The notes: a model not told the origin generated them from the letters alone. A stretch of 63,999 nt of DNA, filler included, from Choristocarpus tenellus KU-1152 (GCA_964200185.2; 12 parts of 12 records of this genome joined end to end with filler, not necessarily neighbours in it), one strand, 5' to 3'; counted from the whole stretch's first letter, positions 38,581-52,724 are shown. Program-made: numbers and translations.

Positions 38581-41404
38581 ATGTCTATTCTTGAGGATGA
38601 AGATCCAAGCCTCCTTCTGGTGGTACTTGACGCTTCCTCTGCTTTCTGGACCAAGCGGGAAGCCAACCGTATGCGACCAGATCAGGTGGGAAACAAGTCA
38701 ATTTCAGGTCTCCATACTGCTTTCAGTATCCAACCGAATCCTTTCTTTCCACTATCATGTCAATGCTCATCAATAGGGTGCCGATATGAAGCTATCCACA
38801 TTCCAGGAGACGGTGGAGGGCACCCTACTCTTCGTGGAAAGCTACCTGATGATGCATAGGCGTAACAATGTCTGCTTTGTAGCTTGTTCGGGGATTGAAA
38901 GGTGAAGAGCGCATCTTGCTGCTCGTTCTTGATTGTCACAAGAATGAAAGCCTTCGATTATGGGAGAAAGTGCATGGGCGGTATAGCTGTTGTGGATGGT
39001 TGACGTGGAAGGCTCTCTCTTCAGTAGAGCTCTGAATGTCTTCAAGTATCCCTTTTCTTCTCTTATAGTTTACTACCGACCACCGCATACTGGTGCAAGC
39101 ATCGTTGTAGCTTTGTCATCGTCGCTGTATGACCTAGTGCTTGCAATAGTACTATTACCGATGTTGTGACCGCCCGCAATTCTTGCCACCGTTCTGTGCA
39201 GCACAATGCTCTTTCCCACTGCAGCGTTGGAGCAGGAGCAGCGATCCCTAGCGGCAGGATCTGTCAGCAGCAAGGAATTTCATGAATTTATTCGAGTGGG
39301 ACTGGAGGGAGTTGTTGCACGGGAGGCAAGCAGAGGTGACTCCAGAAGGATGCTACTGAGGCATAAACTACTATTTGGATGCCACAATTGGCATCGTTAG
39401 TGAGGGAATTTTTTAGATTGCAAGGTCTATCTAGTGGAACCACTTCTGGACGTCATCGACTCCTGTGGCGCCCTTCGCTGTTTGTTCCTTGTCTAAATGC
39501 CTGTCCCTACTCTATGTTGCCATGCCTGATGGCAGCGGACTCTGCTGCAGAGGGGTATATGTTGGCAGGGGGGCTATCTAAGGGCCTGTGCTTCATCAAC
39601 AGCAAGCTCCAACAGTCTCCTTCTACGCAGGTAAAGCTCCCTGGAATCAAAGTATATGCTTGTGCTGAGAGTTCATGTTGTACTATTGAGTCCCATATAG
39701 AGCTAAACATCCGACCTTTAATGTCATCCAAAATATTCTCTCTCCTGTCGCAATGAAGAGTTCCAACCTTCAATGTTGTCTTGAATAATGTACAAGATAG
39801 TCCTCCAGGAGTACAAAGTTGAGTTATTGGGTTGGTGTCAACATGGTCGGTTCAAACCCCACGTTAAAATATTGTTACGATGGGGCTGGATTTTTGTGAA
39901 GTAGTACATGACAACCACTGGATGTGTGGGGACGTGTGAGGGGATGTGTGGGGGCACAGTTCAAGGAACACATCAACAACGTTTGTTGCAGGAGGTGGGA
40001 TGGCAACCTTCCCATGGGCTTGTGTTGTAGCTGCATGTCAGACAGTCCTTTTACTTTGAGTTTCCTTTCGTCTGTTGTGTTGTGTTGATGGCCGGCCAAT
40101 TCCTGTTCTTCTCAACATATATTCTTCACACTATCATTGTTCTTCAACATTCCACATCAAATTTTTCGTACAACAGAACATTTGAAGGCCAGCCTGAACT
40201 TGCAACCATTTGATGAAGAACTGGAGTGCGTGCTATACTTACAGTAATGTATACTCTGGTACCACCATAGTACTCCAAGGTACTTTGAACAAGAACCTCT
40301 TGAATCAGGTAGGTGTCTTCTCCTGCTGTATCTTTGTACTACTCGACAGGCACGGGTGCTCATACTATCGGGAGCCCCTGATGTACCTGAAGGATATAAT
40401 GCTGTAATGAATGCAATCTTCTCAGCCCAGAAGGCAGGGGTGCTGGTTGATTGCTGTGTGCTTGGTCTGCACTCGATCTTCTTGCAGCAGGCCGCCTACT
40501 TAACTGGTGAGTGTGGCTTCTGTTACTATGGGTGAGGGTACGGGTGAAGAGGGTGATGCTTTCACAAGGAACAACAGTAAGTAGAAGGGCACACCTGAGT
40601 GTCCTTTCTTACAACAAGTCTTTGCCTGTTCGGTTTTTCCATTTTTCTACTGTGGCAAGGTGCATCTGCTTTCTTTATTCAATGATCATTGGTAGGCGCT
40701 CTCCCCTGATATTGTTCCTCTCTCTCCCTTAGGTGGGCTATACCTGCAGTGCCGAGAACCTGGGATCGTTGAGTATCTCATTGCAACCTTTCTCCCCAGT
40801 CAGTCCTGCCGCAAGTACCTCAAGCTTCGAAAACAGCGCACAGTGGATTTCCGTGCGGCGTGCTTTTGTCACAAGAGAGTAGTAGACATTGCTTATGTGT
40901 GAGTACAGTATTGCTGGCTGGGAGTTGCTTGGAAAATGTTGTCATATCTAAATGCACACATAAGACGTCCCTTCCAATCAACTTACTCATCACGCTCACA
41001 CAACTATCCAGGGTATGTCCATGTGTTGGTACCTCCCATTTACGATCCTTTGCTCGGTTGTAGTGGATACAACAATGTTCCTTCTTTCGCATTATTTTAC
41101 ATTGTCCTTTGGGGTCATCGCTAGGGTCTAGTGGACCCAAGCCTGATTTCCAACAATTCTGAGGCTCATCCTCCTTCACCATGCACCATTTATGTATTCT
41201 AACATAATTCTAACATGTGTGGCCTTCAACTTCCTCTGTATTGTTTTTGATTGAACCAGGTGCTCTGTGTGTCTCTCGGTGTTTTGTGAGTTTTCTCCTG
41301 TATGCTCTACATGTGGTACAAGAGCCTGGCCCAAGAAGGCTTCGAAGTCTAAGAAGCGACCCTTGAAGAATCTGACCAATGGTCAGCCTGGATCACATAC
41401 TTAG
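38581..41404 (+). CDS. TFB4: General transcription factor TFIIH subunit p34 (Tfb4/GTF2H3), 7 exons
   Basis: Exons 38581-38685, 38777-38901, 39202-39335, 39536-39630, 40350-40506, 40733-40898, 41260-41404, all phase-consistent GT-AG. Motifs SLLLVVLD, LAGGLSKGLCFIN, YNAVMNAIFSAQK, FLQQAAYLTGG, VDFRAACFCH, CSVCLSVFC...CSTC. Confidence 0.95.
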
Positions 41405-43443
41405 TCTTAAGCTTGCACATAGTAGTTGCAACTGGTGTAACCTTGTCTAGTAACGGCATGTGGATATTGAAGCTAACTAAGAGACCTGCTCAGGTCCCTA
41501 GTTTTGTCATTTTCCGTCAAAGAGGCGCCAGACCTATCACTCTAGATATGGATTAGAAACCAGAAGTACCCATCAAGACCACTAGGTTGAAGCTAGCGAT
41601 ATGGGGAGATGGAAAATGAACAAATCAATCCCCTTGAATACATTTGACTATTTTATTGTGCCAAGGGAGGAAATAGTGCTAATTTCAGCACGATGTGCCT
41701 CCAAATGAAGCAGAAATTTCAAGGACAATTTGTAGGCCCCCTCACTGCTGCTCTTGAGGTGACTATGAAAGGAAGTGAGGCGCTTGACCCCGTGGACTAG
41801 GAAACCATGGACTAGTAAGACCGTTGGGTTCTTTGGACCACAGAATGACACTCAGTACATTGGCAATGATTGATATATTAAGGTTGTAAATGATATTGGC
41901 AATCTGGGATATATTTAATGTGGTGAATGAAAAACTAAAGCGTTTGATGCCGATTATCAGTATGTTAAGTTGAGTGGTAAACTAATGGGTCCTAGAATAT
42001 CCGTGTTGTACTTACGTGGGAGAATTGTTCTCATTCTCCAGTAGTATGGAAGATTGTTTATGCTGTTGGAAGGAGGGATGGATATGGTGTAGTCTAGCGT
42101 TAACCTTGTTGGGGATGTTATCTTAAACCCTGAAGAGTCAAAGAGTATGAAATGCTTTGTCAATGATAGCCACCGTATCCTTTCAATGCATCTTTTTCCC
42201 CTTTGTATCCTGTGCTTTGACAATGTAGTGTACAAGCTAAGTACACAATTATTTAGGTACAGTAGGCTTCAACGAGTTGAGAGCTATGACTTATGTTTTG
42301 GTGTGATCCAGAAAGATGAGTATTTTCATGGAATGACCTGAGTCAAATCTATAGCATATGGCACAGACTAGGAACCTATTGAGGGCTTGATGAGTTGTCT
42401 GGATTCTGCATTATGGGACCTCAGCATCTGACTGGTTAGGGAATGGAGTATACTGTTTATGGCCCGTCTTAGGCTGCTAAGCATTACATACAGTGCAACT
42501 ACAGCAGCAGTAATACTGTTGTACTCTGTAGTAATTATTCCAAGTACTCTGGAGTACTGCTTTTTACTACCTTTGGGAGTGATAATACGGGTGCAAATTG
42601 GAAATTTCTCGAGAAAGCTCGACACCAAGAACATTTGTTGTTATTTTTACACTTCACTTTTTTGCAACAGATTGATCATACCGCAGCTAGCTGTGCTGAT
42701 CCGTGTATATGCCTACGTATGTTGTGGTATATTCACGCATACATACCTAGGGGAAAAAGGTACTCCGAGTAGGTGATATTCTATCAGTATTCATATGGAT
42801 CATCTGTTTCTTATCATAGGATACTTGTTATTTTATGCCCACTGACCACTGACATTTTGTATACAATTTTAATCATGATGAAAATAATACGTGCATGTTC
42901 TCATGGGGGATATAACCAGCATACCATGCATACAAGTGAATGCACAACAGACCCAACAACACGATAGTAGTATATTAATAATAGTCTGTATTGCTTGCTT
43001 TCACAACAAAGAAAGGTTATCCTCCTCTATACATACAGCAGTAAAATTGTTCAGTAGAATATCCTATAGCAGCCCAAGAAAAATTGATAAAACCACCTGG
43101 GTCTAGCACTACGATATCAAGATAGTGTAGAAATGAGTCGAGAATCCAGAGGGAGTTTGGTTGTAAGCCCTGTGTCTGTGGGATCTAGACGTGTCTATAT
43201 TATGCTGCCTACTGTAAGAAGCATAAAGGTATGTGGTATCGAACTACTGTACTACTACTACTGATGAGGAGAACACTCCAAGTATCGTAACTGCTGCTAC
43301 TATTTTGATCAAAATATCAATAAACCATATAGTGGAAGGTCCACAGGTTCGACCATCCACCCGACCATATATATTCAAAATTAAAACTGTGTATTAACAT
43401 CACGGATGGGGAGAACACAACTTTTCATCGATAGGATGACCAG

Positions 43444-46400
43444 ATGGCTACGCAGAGAATACCCGTGCACGGTGAGTGACGTGTGTCTTCGACACTGGGA
43501 TCCATAATATTGCTGTAGGGATGGGTTCTCAAGATAAGAGGAAAAGCTTGGGCCAACATGCTGATGAGGTCTTTCCGGTTCAAGAACCAGCACATGTATC
43601 TTAACTATTGAGTACTGCTGTACGATATGCATGGCTGTGCTGTACCGCTGTAAACTACCTGGGAGCCAACCTTATGATGGAGACCATTTCCAAGCAAATT
43701 CTACATACATCGAAATTGTTGTGTGCACTTGCTCAATTCAGTGTTATCTAGTGTTGTCCCTCTTTTCTCCCACACGAATCCAATACCAAGAATTACGACA
43801 AACGATAGTGCTGGCGCCTTCAACCTGCCATTGGTTTCCCCCCACTATACACCGTCGTGTGGATAGTAATGGCATCTTATAAGATGTGGCAATTGCGCGG
43901 TTTTGGTTTCATGGAACTTTCAACATGTCCATGTTGCAACAAGTCCAACCTTATGTATAACCCTTCTTTAACAATTGTAACGCCACGTCCCGACCTCCGC
44001 CCCATACCTTTCAAGTGGAAGTGTCACTTCTACCCACATGTGCAGCCGATGACGAGGTTATCCGTGAAGAGGTTAATATCTTGCTGCGGGAGCAGGGGAA
44101 CTACGTTTACAGTGACGGTATATCGAGATCACAGTGATTGCTGTTCAATACCGCGATCGATTCTTTTCATACGGAACGCCCAGTATCACTCAACCTCTTC
44201 CCTGTTCCTTCCTCAAGACCTACTTTTGTGCCAGTGCTTAATGCGTATCGTGCAATGTGTGATCTCACCTGCATGATGCTGTGTCAGCGCCTCTTTAGTC
44301 GAGGACAATTTGCATTAGACACGGGAAACACACGAACTCTTCGACCTGCAATCACCCCGCTCCCTGTCATCAAACAGACCTCTCCCCTCCCTCTCCCTCT
44401 CCCTCCCATCCTAATGCAGGCCCCTTGGATTTCTCCTCCAACAAGCTTCTCTCCCAGTGTATAGATTCCGTTTCTATTGTCGACACAAGTGAGAATCTCA
44501 CCCTGTTGTTCATGCTTCTGATAATGGACAAGGCCCATGATTATTGGTGACTCATCTCAGACCACTGCACAGTTCCTCAGCATGCCGTGTTTAGATTTGC
44601 TGGGTACTGCACTAAGTAGCAAATAGGTTTTACCTTGTTCAACCTCACCTCTGACTTTACCTGGTCAAACAAAGCCTGACCACCCTGACGTCATCTGACG
44701 TAACCCACTTATGCAAACACTCTGAATTATTAACTGAAGATTTCATGAGATTTCAAGAAGATACTGATGCGTCCTCTTAGGGAATGCATTGGACAGCACC
44801 CCCCTACTGCAGTATTGATAACGCCACACGCCTTGACCAAACTACCAGTTCCCCAATATTGCACTCAGATTGCAACAGTTTATAGTAGCAGTTCTGGTAG
44901 ATGGATTATTTTGTGGGAGAATAATTCTTGGTAGGGATGCTGTCAATTGGTGAAATGAGGCACTGATGACCTACCCCATTAATGGGAAAGGTTGCATTCC
45001 TCGTCCCCTCTCCTCCTGATGCCCAAACCCTCTTTCTCCTTGTGGAATGCTATGAATGTGCTTATGGTGATAAAGATGAATCCACAGAGGCAACAGGTGT
45101 GAGCTTCTGGCAGGGGGATCCCCAGATACACATATACCACCTGTCCCAGGTGGGTCCAGGCAAGATGTAAATCCAGAGTTTCCTCCTCTCACTGAACAGT
45201 TGACCACTGTTATTTTTTCTTGTGGTGAATCATAATAATAAAATCTTTTTTGAAGATCTTATGTTTATGTGGTGTTCTGTATATCTTATCTAGCTGTCTG
45301 GGGCTGCTTGTCTGATGTGCAACGGCGGGTATGTACCCTTTCTCTTCTATGCCCTTATGCAATATTTTTTAAATTTTATCCCAGGCATTAGTTCTAACTG
45401 TTTGTTGGTTCTTTAATGGTCAATGGCAGCCAAGTGTCCCAATACCATGATACAAAAAGAAGAGTTGTGTGTTTTCACATTTTTTTTTTTTCCCTGCTTC
45501 AACCCCATCTTGATCATGCTTCTTTCAGTAGTCAACGTATGGGATTTGTTTGGGACCTTAGCTCACTTTTTGGTGTGTGTTAGTGTGTTAGACCACTTTC
45601 AAACCTGAATTGAAGCACCCCGAATAGAGTCAGAGTCAGTTATGTCTAATGTTCAAATTTCCAAGAGAGAGACTTCTGCAAACCAACCCTTTGGTCTGAC
45701 TACGGGTAGGATGGACCTGAGGCAGAGATGATTGATGGGGCTGGGGAGGAAGAGGAGATTGCTGCGTGTGACCAATGGATTCTTCCCTCAGCAAGGTTGC
45801 AAGGGGTAAGTAAACTAAGGGAGATCCTGGGCCCAATTTACAGGAGGCGGTGCATTCCTTGCTGTACCCCAGTGTCTTGACCCCTTTCCCCCTCCATATA
45901 GCGCCCATCCCACTATTATCACGTACAACAGCAGTTGATCTTTATGAATTCTTCTCTGGAGAACATTGTGTCTGTGATAGTTGTATAGCTATATGATCAC
46001 CTATATATATATATATATTTATATGGACTGTAGTACAGTAGTAAAGACTTTGTCGTTGTGATATCATTGTCTGCATTTGGTATTTGCACTCAGTGCAGTG
46101 TATATCAAGCTATCGAAAGATGATTCTCTGGAGTCAGTAATAGATGACTTGCCAGAGTTTCCATGTCCAGAAATATGTCACGATGCAAAGATGTTTAAAC
46201 CCCAATGTCCTAAGGTCGATGTGAGGGTAGTGATTGGATGCCTTTTGACTGAGTCTCATGTCTTTTTTGATGGTGCCCCTCTTTATGTCATGTTACATCA
46301 ATCCTCTTCATGTCATGGTTACGTCAATCTGTTGGTCTCTGCATTTTTCATTCTTAGACAAGTAAGTTTTACTGAGTGATCTTACAGAGTATACAGTGAA

Positions 46401-48980
46401 GTAAATTGTTTTGGTATACCCCCTCCGTCCCGTATGTCTGGGCTGTTAAGGTTTTTTGTGAGTAACCTTTTTTTTGAATGTGAGATTCAGAAACTACAAA
46501 TAATAACATTTGATAGCCAACAACATCGACTTGCGCATAGGTATGTATCTTCAAAATATTTATATTTTTTCATCTCGAAATGGTTGAGAACAAAATGGAT
46601 GAAAACAAAATGGATGAGAAACTTCCCCCTGAACACAGCTGTTTTTTTTTCTTCTGAAATGACTCATTTTGCAAAAACAGCAGAATATACCACAAAATGA
46701 CTGGAAATGATGGTTAATCGGCCATAACATCTCAATAAGACCTCCGATGAAGGCATGGTTAGTTGCGTTGGATTCCTTGGAGTTTTTTTGCCCTAAATCA
46801 ATTAATCGTCACTCTCATTCTGTTATTTTGAAGATACCTATGCGCAAGTCGATGTTGTTGGCTATCAAATATTATTTGTAGTTTCTGAATCTCACATTAA
46901 AAAAAAAGGTTACTCGAAAAAAAAACCTTAACAGCCCAGACTTATGGGACAGAGGGAGTGCAGTATTACTAGTAATGCTGGGGCCATTGATGCCAAGAAT
47001 GCACTGGTCCATCCCGTAGGTTGCTACCATTATTATTATTATTATTATTTTTCACTATAGTGGGGGACCACAGCATGTTATGTCCTATATGTGGGGCCTT
47101 GAGACTAGGCAGCACTCATTACTTGACACTGGTGAAAAAAAAAGAAAGTGGAATGGTCTGAAGTAAAATATAGAGTAAAATATAGAGTAAAATATAGAGG
47201 GATGTAGGCCGCCACCAGACAGTGTATCACTGCTGAAGGTCTGAAGGTGGAGTATATCCAACTGATCCAACTGGTTCAACTGGTTCAAGTGTGTGATGTA
47301 GCAGTTAGGCATCATGTACATGCAGTGGTGTGGTATGTATGCTCTGTTCATAGTGGTGGCTTTCAGCACTCAATAGTATTGATCGGGGCATAATCAAGGC
47401 AAAATGAAGTGAGCTGGTCTGGAGCATTGGGCAAACCAGAGGGGGGATGGGACACGATGTTATTGGACATGACACGATTAAAAGTGGACTGTGTTCAACC
47501 AATCAAATCAATCGATCAGTGATGGGTGTGAGACGCAGTATCTTGTCTAGTGTCATGGGTACATCATACATCTTGCTTCTTCCTCCAAGCACGCAATGAA
47601 CAAGAACTACAGTGTTCGTATCCAATCTGTCTTGTGGTTCTTGTCCGATGATGCTATCACCAGGATCAACCCACCATTGCCTCCACCGATGTGATGTGGA
47701 TGAAATCTGCAACGGCGATGAAAGTTGTGCTTGTGCCATATGCACTGTGACAACAGAGAGTCAATTGCATGTACTCCTAATAGTAACAGTGTATATTCTT
47801 CCTTGTATTGAGGGCTATCTTCCCTATCAAATAAGTTTAATTCTTTGAAGACTGTTGTTAGCACTACAATAATACTTCAATGCGCTGTGGATAACTTGCC
47901 TTCCAAACCCTAACCCTTGGTGATGATGGCTGTATGACTACTCACTTAACTCTGCAGGTGTGGGAGAGTCTGATTCTGGAGGATGGAGTGAAGAACCGAC
48001 TCCTTGAGTATGCTACGTCAGCGATGCTATTTACTGATAAAGGGGTCAGCAAAAATATCATATCATGGAACAGGTACTCTATAATAACCAGCTACAGGAT
48101 GAATGACAACATCACTATATTGTACACAGTAATATGGAGTATATGATAACCTTAGCATGATAGTAGTACTTGATTATCACAATGGTGGTGTAGAGAGAGA
48201 TAAGTTATGGTGAGTTAAGGCCATCTGAGCTATAAAGCATCAGTAACACTTTGTGAGCAGTATCATATATGTGGATACTCTCTTTTTCTTTTTGATTGAA
48301 GTGTCTGACCTCAACACATGTCTCACCTTATCTGCCGTCGCCTGTACATAATTAAGACTATGATGTCATGGTATTGTTTTTTACGTCACTAATGATGTAC
48401 ACTAATGATGTACACTAATGATGTACACTAATGATGTACACTAATGTTGTGGAAGTGTGGTGTGTACTGTGTAGCTTGTTGTAATTGCACTCAGGTGTCT
48501 TTAGTCTCAATTTGCCATACCTTACTGTGTTTGTTTGATTGTGATGACACTATACCCATTTTGCCATACTTCCCAACGGGAGCATTTTATCCTTTTTATG
48601 TACTAATAAATAAATCTTTCATGCAGTGCATGCATATGTTTGAATAGCTAGCGCTCAAGTTTTCTGATCTGGAAGTAAGCTCATACTCCTTTTTGTATTC
48701 CATGTTGTTGATATCATGCTAACGTAGAATGTCTAGTGCTTCACCATCATGCTGTTGTTAGTTCCTTGCTATGTGCATGCATGGATGTGTTTGTTTTGAT
48801 TGTTCTGTTTTTGTGTTTGTCCCCTTTTGATTTGAAAGGGTTGTGCTTCTCCATGGCCCCCCAGGCACTGGAAAGACCAGTCTGTGCAAGGCCCTTGCAC
48901 ACAAGCTTAGCATCCGTCTAGTTCGAAGGTACTCCTCCGGACAACTTTTGGAGATCAATGCACACAGCCTTTTCAGCAAG
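43444..48980 (+). CDS. PCH2: Pachytene checkpoint AAA+ ATPase PCH2/TRIP13, 5' part (3' exons beyond contig end)
   Basis: Exons 43444-43471 (least certain), 44046-44117, 44420-44488, 45088-45149, 45710-45805, 47958-48073, 48839-48980. Motifs WILP...[46 protein letters not shown]. Confidence 0.93.
46419..46958. mobile_element. Stowaway-like MITE with about 140-bp TIRs in a PCH2 intron
   Basis: TA|CCCCCTCCGTCCC ... GGGACAGAGGGAG|TG; 46419-46558 is the near-perfect reverse complement of 46824-46958. Confidence 0.9.
47162..47198. repeat. 12-bp tandem repeat x3
   Basis: (AGTAAAATATAG)3. Confidence 0.85.
48387..48450. repeat. 13-bp tandem repeat x4-5
   Basis: (CACTAATGATGTA)4 plus a partial unit, intronic. 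Confidence 0.9.
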
Positions 48981-49817
48981 GTGATGGTGGTGTATGTCTA
49001 TCCTGGGTTACTGCGTGGTGCTGCAGTGACTTGTTCTGATCAAGCTATTTTATTTCTGTGCAGTGGCAAGGTTGAGTTGGGCTCAAGAGTTTGACTGTCG
49101 ATACTACAGGTGTTTGTATGTGTGGGGAGGCGTGTGATGTTGGGGGAAGTGGAGGTATACATTTTTCTGTTTGTATTAATTGTGGGTGGGGATACAAATT
49201 GATACAAATTGATACAAATTCAAACGTCAATGTTGAAGTGGCAGCAGTGGTTGGTTAATGGCTCTTCAGTGGGTAGCTGTCGGAACCAAGAATAGCACCT
49301 CTACGCNNNNNNNNNNNNNNNNNNNNNNNNNNNNNNNNNNNNNNNNNNNNTTAATTAATTAANNNNNNNNNNNNNNNNNNNNNNNNNNNNNNNNNNNNNN
49401 NNNNNNTGTACATAGACCATACAAAATGGGTTATCTTTCTCTTAACTGTTACAGGCGCCCCTCAGAGCTCACCTCCACAGGATGTATAGCTCCAATCTAC
49501 GGTCTTATAGATGATACCGATGTATGTATAGGACTCCTGATGCACAAGTCGTCAAGTATGCTGGATCTCTCACTTGGGTTATCGTAAATATCATGGTAAA
49601 AAAGGAACTGATAAACGATGTCTTATCACAACCGGGGACCATAATGACCAAATAATAAATAAATAGTCAAGAAGTACAAATACACCAAATCTAGAACTTC
49701 AATGTCATAATGGTGTTTATGAAACCGCCATCAAGACATATCGCCTGTAACATAACATGTACATCCACGCCCTGCTTAATGCCCCTCTACCACTGCCTTT
49801 TTTTGCTGTGTCTCCAG

Positions 49818-50063
49818 GCTGTACCTGGTGAGGGCACAGGAGGATCAAGTGGAGGTGTAGATGGTGGTGAGGGTACTCTGTTGTCTTCAGCAGATCTGAT
49901 AGCTGACCTTGACGATAATGATGACGAGGAAGAGAATAGCTTGGATAGAATGACCCCTGATAAGACAAAAGTGGTAGGGGAAGCAAGAGACGGGTCAGGC
50001 GAGTCCTCAGTTGAGGCTGAGGGGTGGATTAGGTCAGACAAAATCGACTGGTCGGCATTCTGA
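49818..50063 (+). CDS. Probable terminal exon of an unidentified gene (acidic, ends IDWSAF)
   Basis: Polypyrimidine tract plus ctccag acceptor, 81 codons to TGA, coding-like purine-rich composition. Confidence 0.5.
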   Translation, partial: AVPGEGTGGSSGGVDGGEGTLLSSADLIADLDDNDDEEENSLDRMTPDKTKVVGEARDGSGESSVEAEGWIRSDKIDWSAF

Positions 50064-51276
50064 AGAGTTTGTACCCCCTTGTACCAGCCTAGTGCGTCTG
50101 GCATCCACATCAGCACTGGCAGAACCTGTTTGGCCTGTCACTTGATTTTATGTCTCAAAGGCCATGTCACTTTGTGTGGCCCCCACCTCACAGCTCATAG
50201 AGAAGCAAGGGATTCAGTCCACAAAAGATGAACATTTCATGTCTTTGCCTGCCTGGACAGGTAAGAAAAATGAACCAACAACTTTGTACATGTCCTGCTG
50301 GTTGCACAGCATCCTTACTACTTGGAAAAGAATACGAATCAATCTATGGGTCTCTAGGACATGGAAAAAACCCATACAAACTTCAACCCCCTCTATTGAA
50401 TGTACGCACAACCTACTAAGCTGTCTATCAGCAAGGCAGGACACACTGTAGGAGATTGTGGTGCGGAGTGTAGAGCACACTAGGGGAAGGTTGAGGTCAG
50501 ACATTTCTTGGGCGGTTTTGTTGGGGAAGTAGTCAACAATTGGCATAGAAGATCAGTTACAATGCGAGCCATAACCAGCCATGACATGAGGGATGGTCTC
50601 ATCAAACATCCCACTTTGACCATATGTTTCAGGTATAGCTATGACTGAGAGATTGGTCATGCTTTGATGTTATTATGATTTTTCTATATTTACATGCACT
50701 AATGATGTGGGGACTCGAGTGACCTGGAGTGGACTCATTCATATTCTCATTCATACTGATTGAAGATGACATATGTTACTGCCCTACAAAACTGTCCATA
50801 CAAATTTCTTTGAAGGTTAATGTGATTGTTGGGCAACACACTTTAATTGTTATTCCTATAGCAAAACTATTCAAAGGGGGCTGCTGTTTAAGTGGGAACT
50901 GTTACTCGAAATGCGAGGATAACAAGATTGTACTCCTTGTGCGAGATTCCAGAATGAATTCTTACATATTACTTGTAGAGCTCTTGAGCCATGGCTCGAT
51001 GCCAATCACTGATCAAACTGACAAAATCAAAATATGTTGCAATACTGCCTTGCTTGTCTGCCTACTTTGTTATCCTATTGGTATCTACGTAAGAACTGTC
51101 CCTAGACTGTCTACCTAGGTTAATCGCTTGTCTTGCTAATCCTGTGTTCAAGATACTAACTGGATAACTCTTATCTTTACAGACTGGCTAGCTTCTATGA
51201 AATGTGTCACCAGCACGAAGTTTTTTTACATTTGTGAACTTCTGGGAAATCTGCCTTCTATTATCCAAAAGTCAAT

Positions 51277-51515
51277 GAGTGAAATTGTCTTAGAGGGTTT
51301 TGCCCTGTTTGTCCATTTGGGGCTTGGCTTCCAATGGGTTAATGACATTTTACCTATTCCAAAATGTTTTGGAGTAGGTAAAATATATACATAATGCAAA
51401 GGAGTGTCTGGAACAAGGATATTGACATCTCCTAACAAACATGATAGCCAAAATTGCAACAATGGATTTTGGTCCCCAAATGGACACGACTCTACCCTCT
51501 AAGATGCTTTGACTC
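51277..51515 (+). mobile_element. MITE family B, near complete
   Basis: GAGTGAAATTGTCTTAGAGGG ... TACCCTCTAAGATGCTTTGACTC, with small internal deletions; flanks AAT/TAA do not match. Confidence 0.9.
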
Positions 51516-51590
51516 TAATGTTTGTAATAACTTCAAATGTATTCTTGTACTGTCCTGTCTGTCAATATACCACAATAATTCGCTGGAAAA

Positions 51591-51767
51591 GACCCAAAGT
51601 ATCTGGAGGGGGGGGGTCTGCACCAGGGTGTCCATTTCAATCAAAATCAGGAAAAGTGCATTTACATTATCCATCCGACATATGCAACCAAACTACCCGA
51701 AAATAGAGATATGAAAAAAATGACCCAAAATGGACAGCCGCCACCCCCCCACCAGATACTTTGAGCC
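51591..51767 (+). mobile_element. MITE family A, complete (177 bp), TSD AAA
   Basis: GACCCAAAGTATCTGG ... CCAGATACTTTGAGCC, flanked by AAA on both sides. Confidence 0.92.
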
Positions 51768-52681
51768 AAAAATAAAACGAGGTGGCAAGGTTTAGTTGTG
51801 GATTGACACCGAAGCGATTACTGGACAACATTGAGGAGGTAGGCGTATCTGTTAGAGGGGGATGGCTGAAAGTGAAGAGTTAGAAAGTAGGCGGCTACCT
51901 GTGTGGACTTCGCAGGATCAAACCCCTTTGGCACCAGATATATTTCCACAAAGATTTGGTTTTGATTATAATCTTCCGTATGGGAAGCTCAACGGTTTGT
52001 ACACATGAACTGTCTGTCCTGTCTATGGCTATACCAAAAAAAAAAAAATGGACCAAGATTAAGGTGGAAACTTTGGGACAGGTTCAGTAGAAGATTTGGG
52101 GGTGGAGATAGAGCATGACCTATGGGGGTGCTTAACCTAAGACGCAAGAAACAAGGCAGGAACGAAGATTGTACGATTATTATATATGTGACTTAATTTT
52201 ATATTTTTGTATTCCATGGTACAAGTGTTTTCCTGTTTGCTAAATCCATCTATTTGTTTGACATACATCTCGATACGCTGTAAGATAATGTTCGTATCTA
52301 TTATGATGCATGCAACAGGTACAAGTAGGGTGTAGAGAGAGTGTGTACAAGTAGAGGGGAGGGGCGGAACGATAACAGTGTGCAACACTTACAGGTGTGT
52401 ACACGCAAGTTCTTCTGTGTGCACAACCTCTCCTGTACACCTCAACAATGTCTGAACGGTAAGTTATTTTTCCAGGAACCAGTAACTCTGTTTCATCCAG
52501 TAGGCCAAGGACATTGGGGGTGGCCAAATTCCTCAACAATGTGTTCTTTGGTCAGGTACACCACACCAGAGAGTTTGTGAGAAGAAGGAAATGTTTTAAG
52601 TGGATTGAGTCTCATGCTGAACCCAACATAGTGCATCAGGGCCGTTTAATCGAAAACCTGGGGCACATAAAAGGCGATGGT

Positions 52682-52724
52682 GACCCAAAGTACCTGGGAG
52701 GGGGGGGGGGTCTACACCAGGGTG
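52682..52724 (+). mobile_element. MITE family A left end at contig break
   Basis: GACCCAAAGTACCT-polyG-TCTACACCAGGGTG. Confidence 0.85.
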
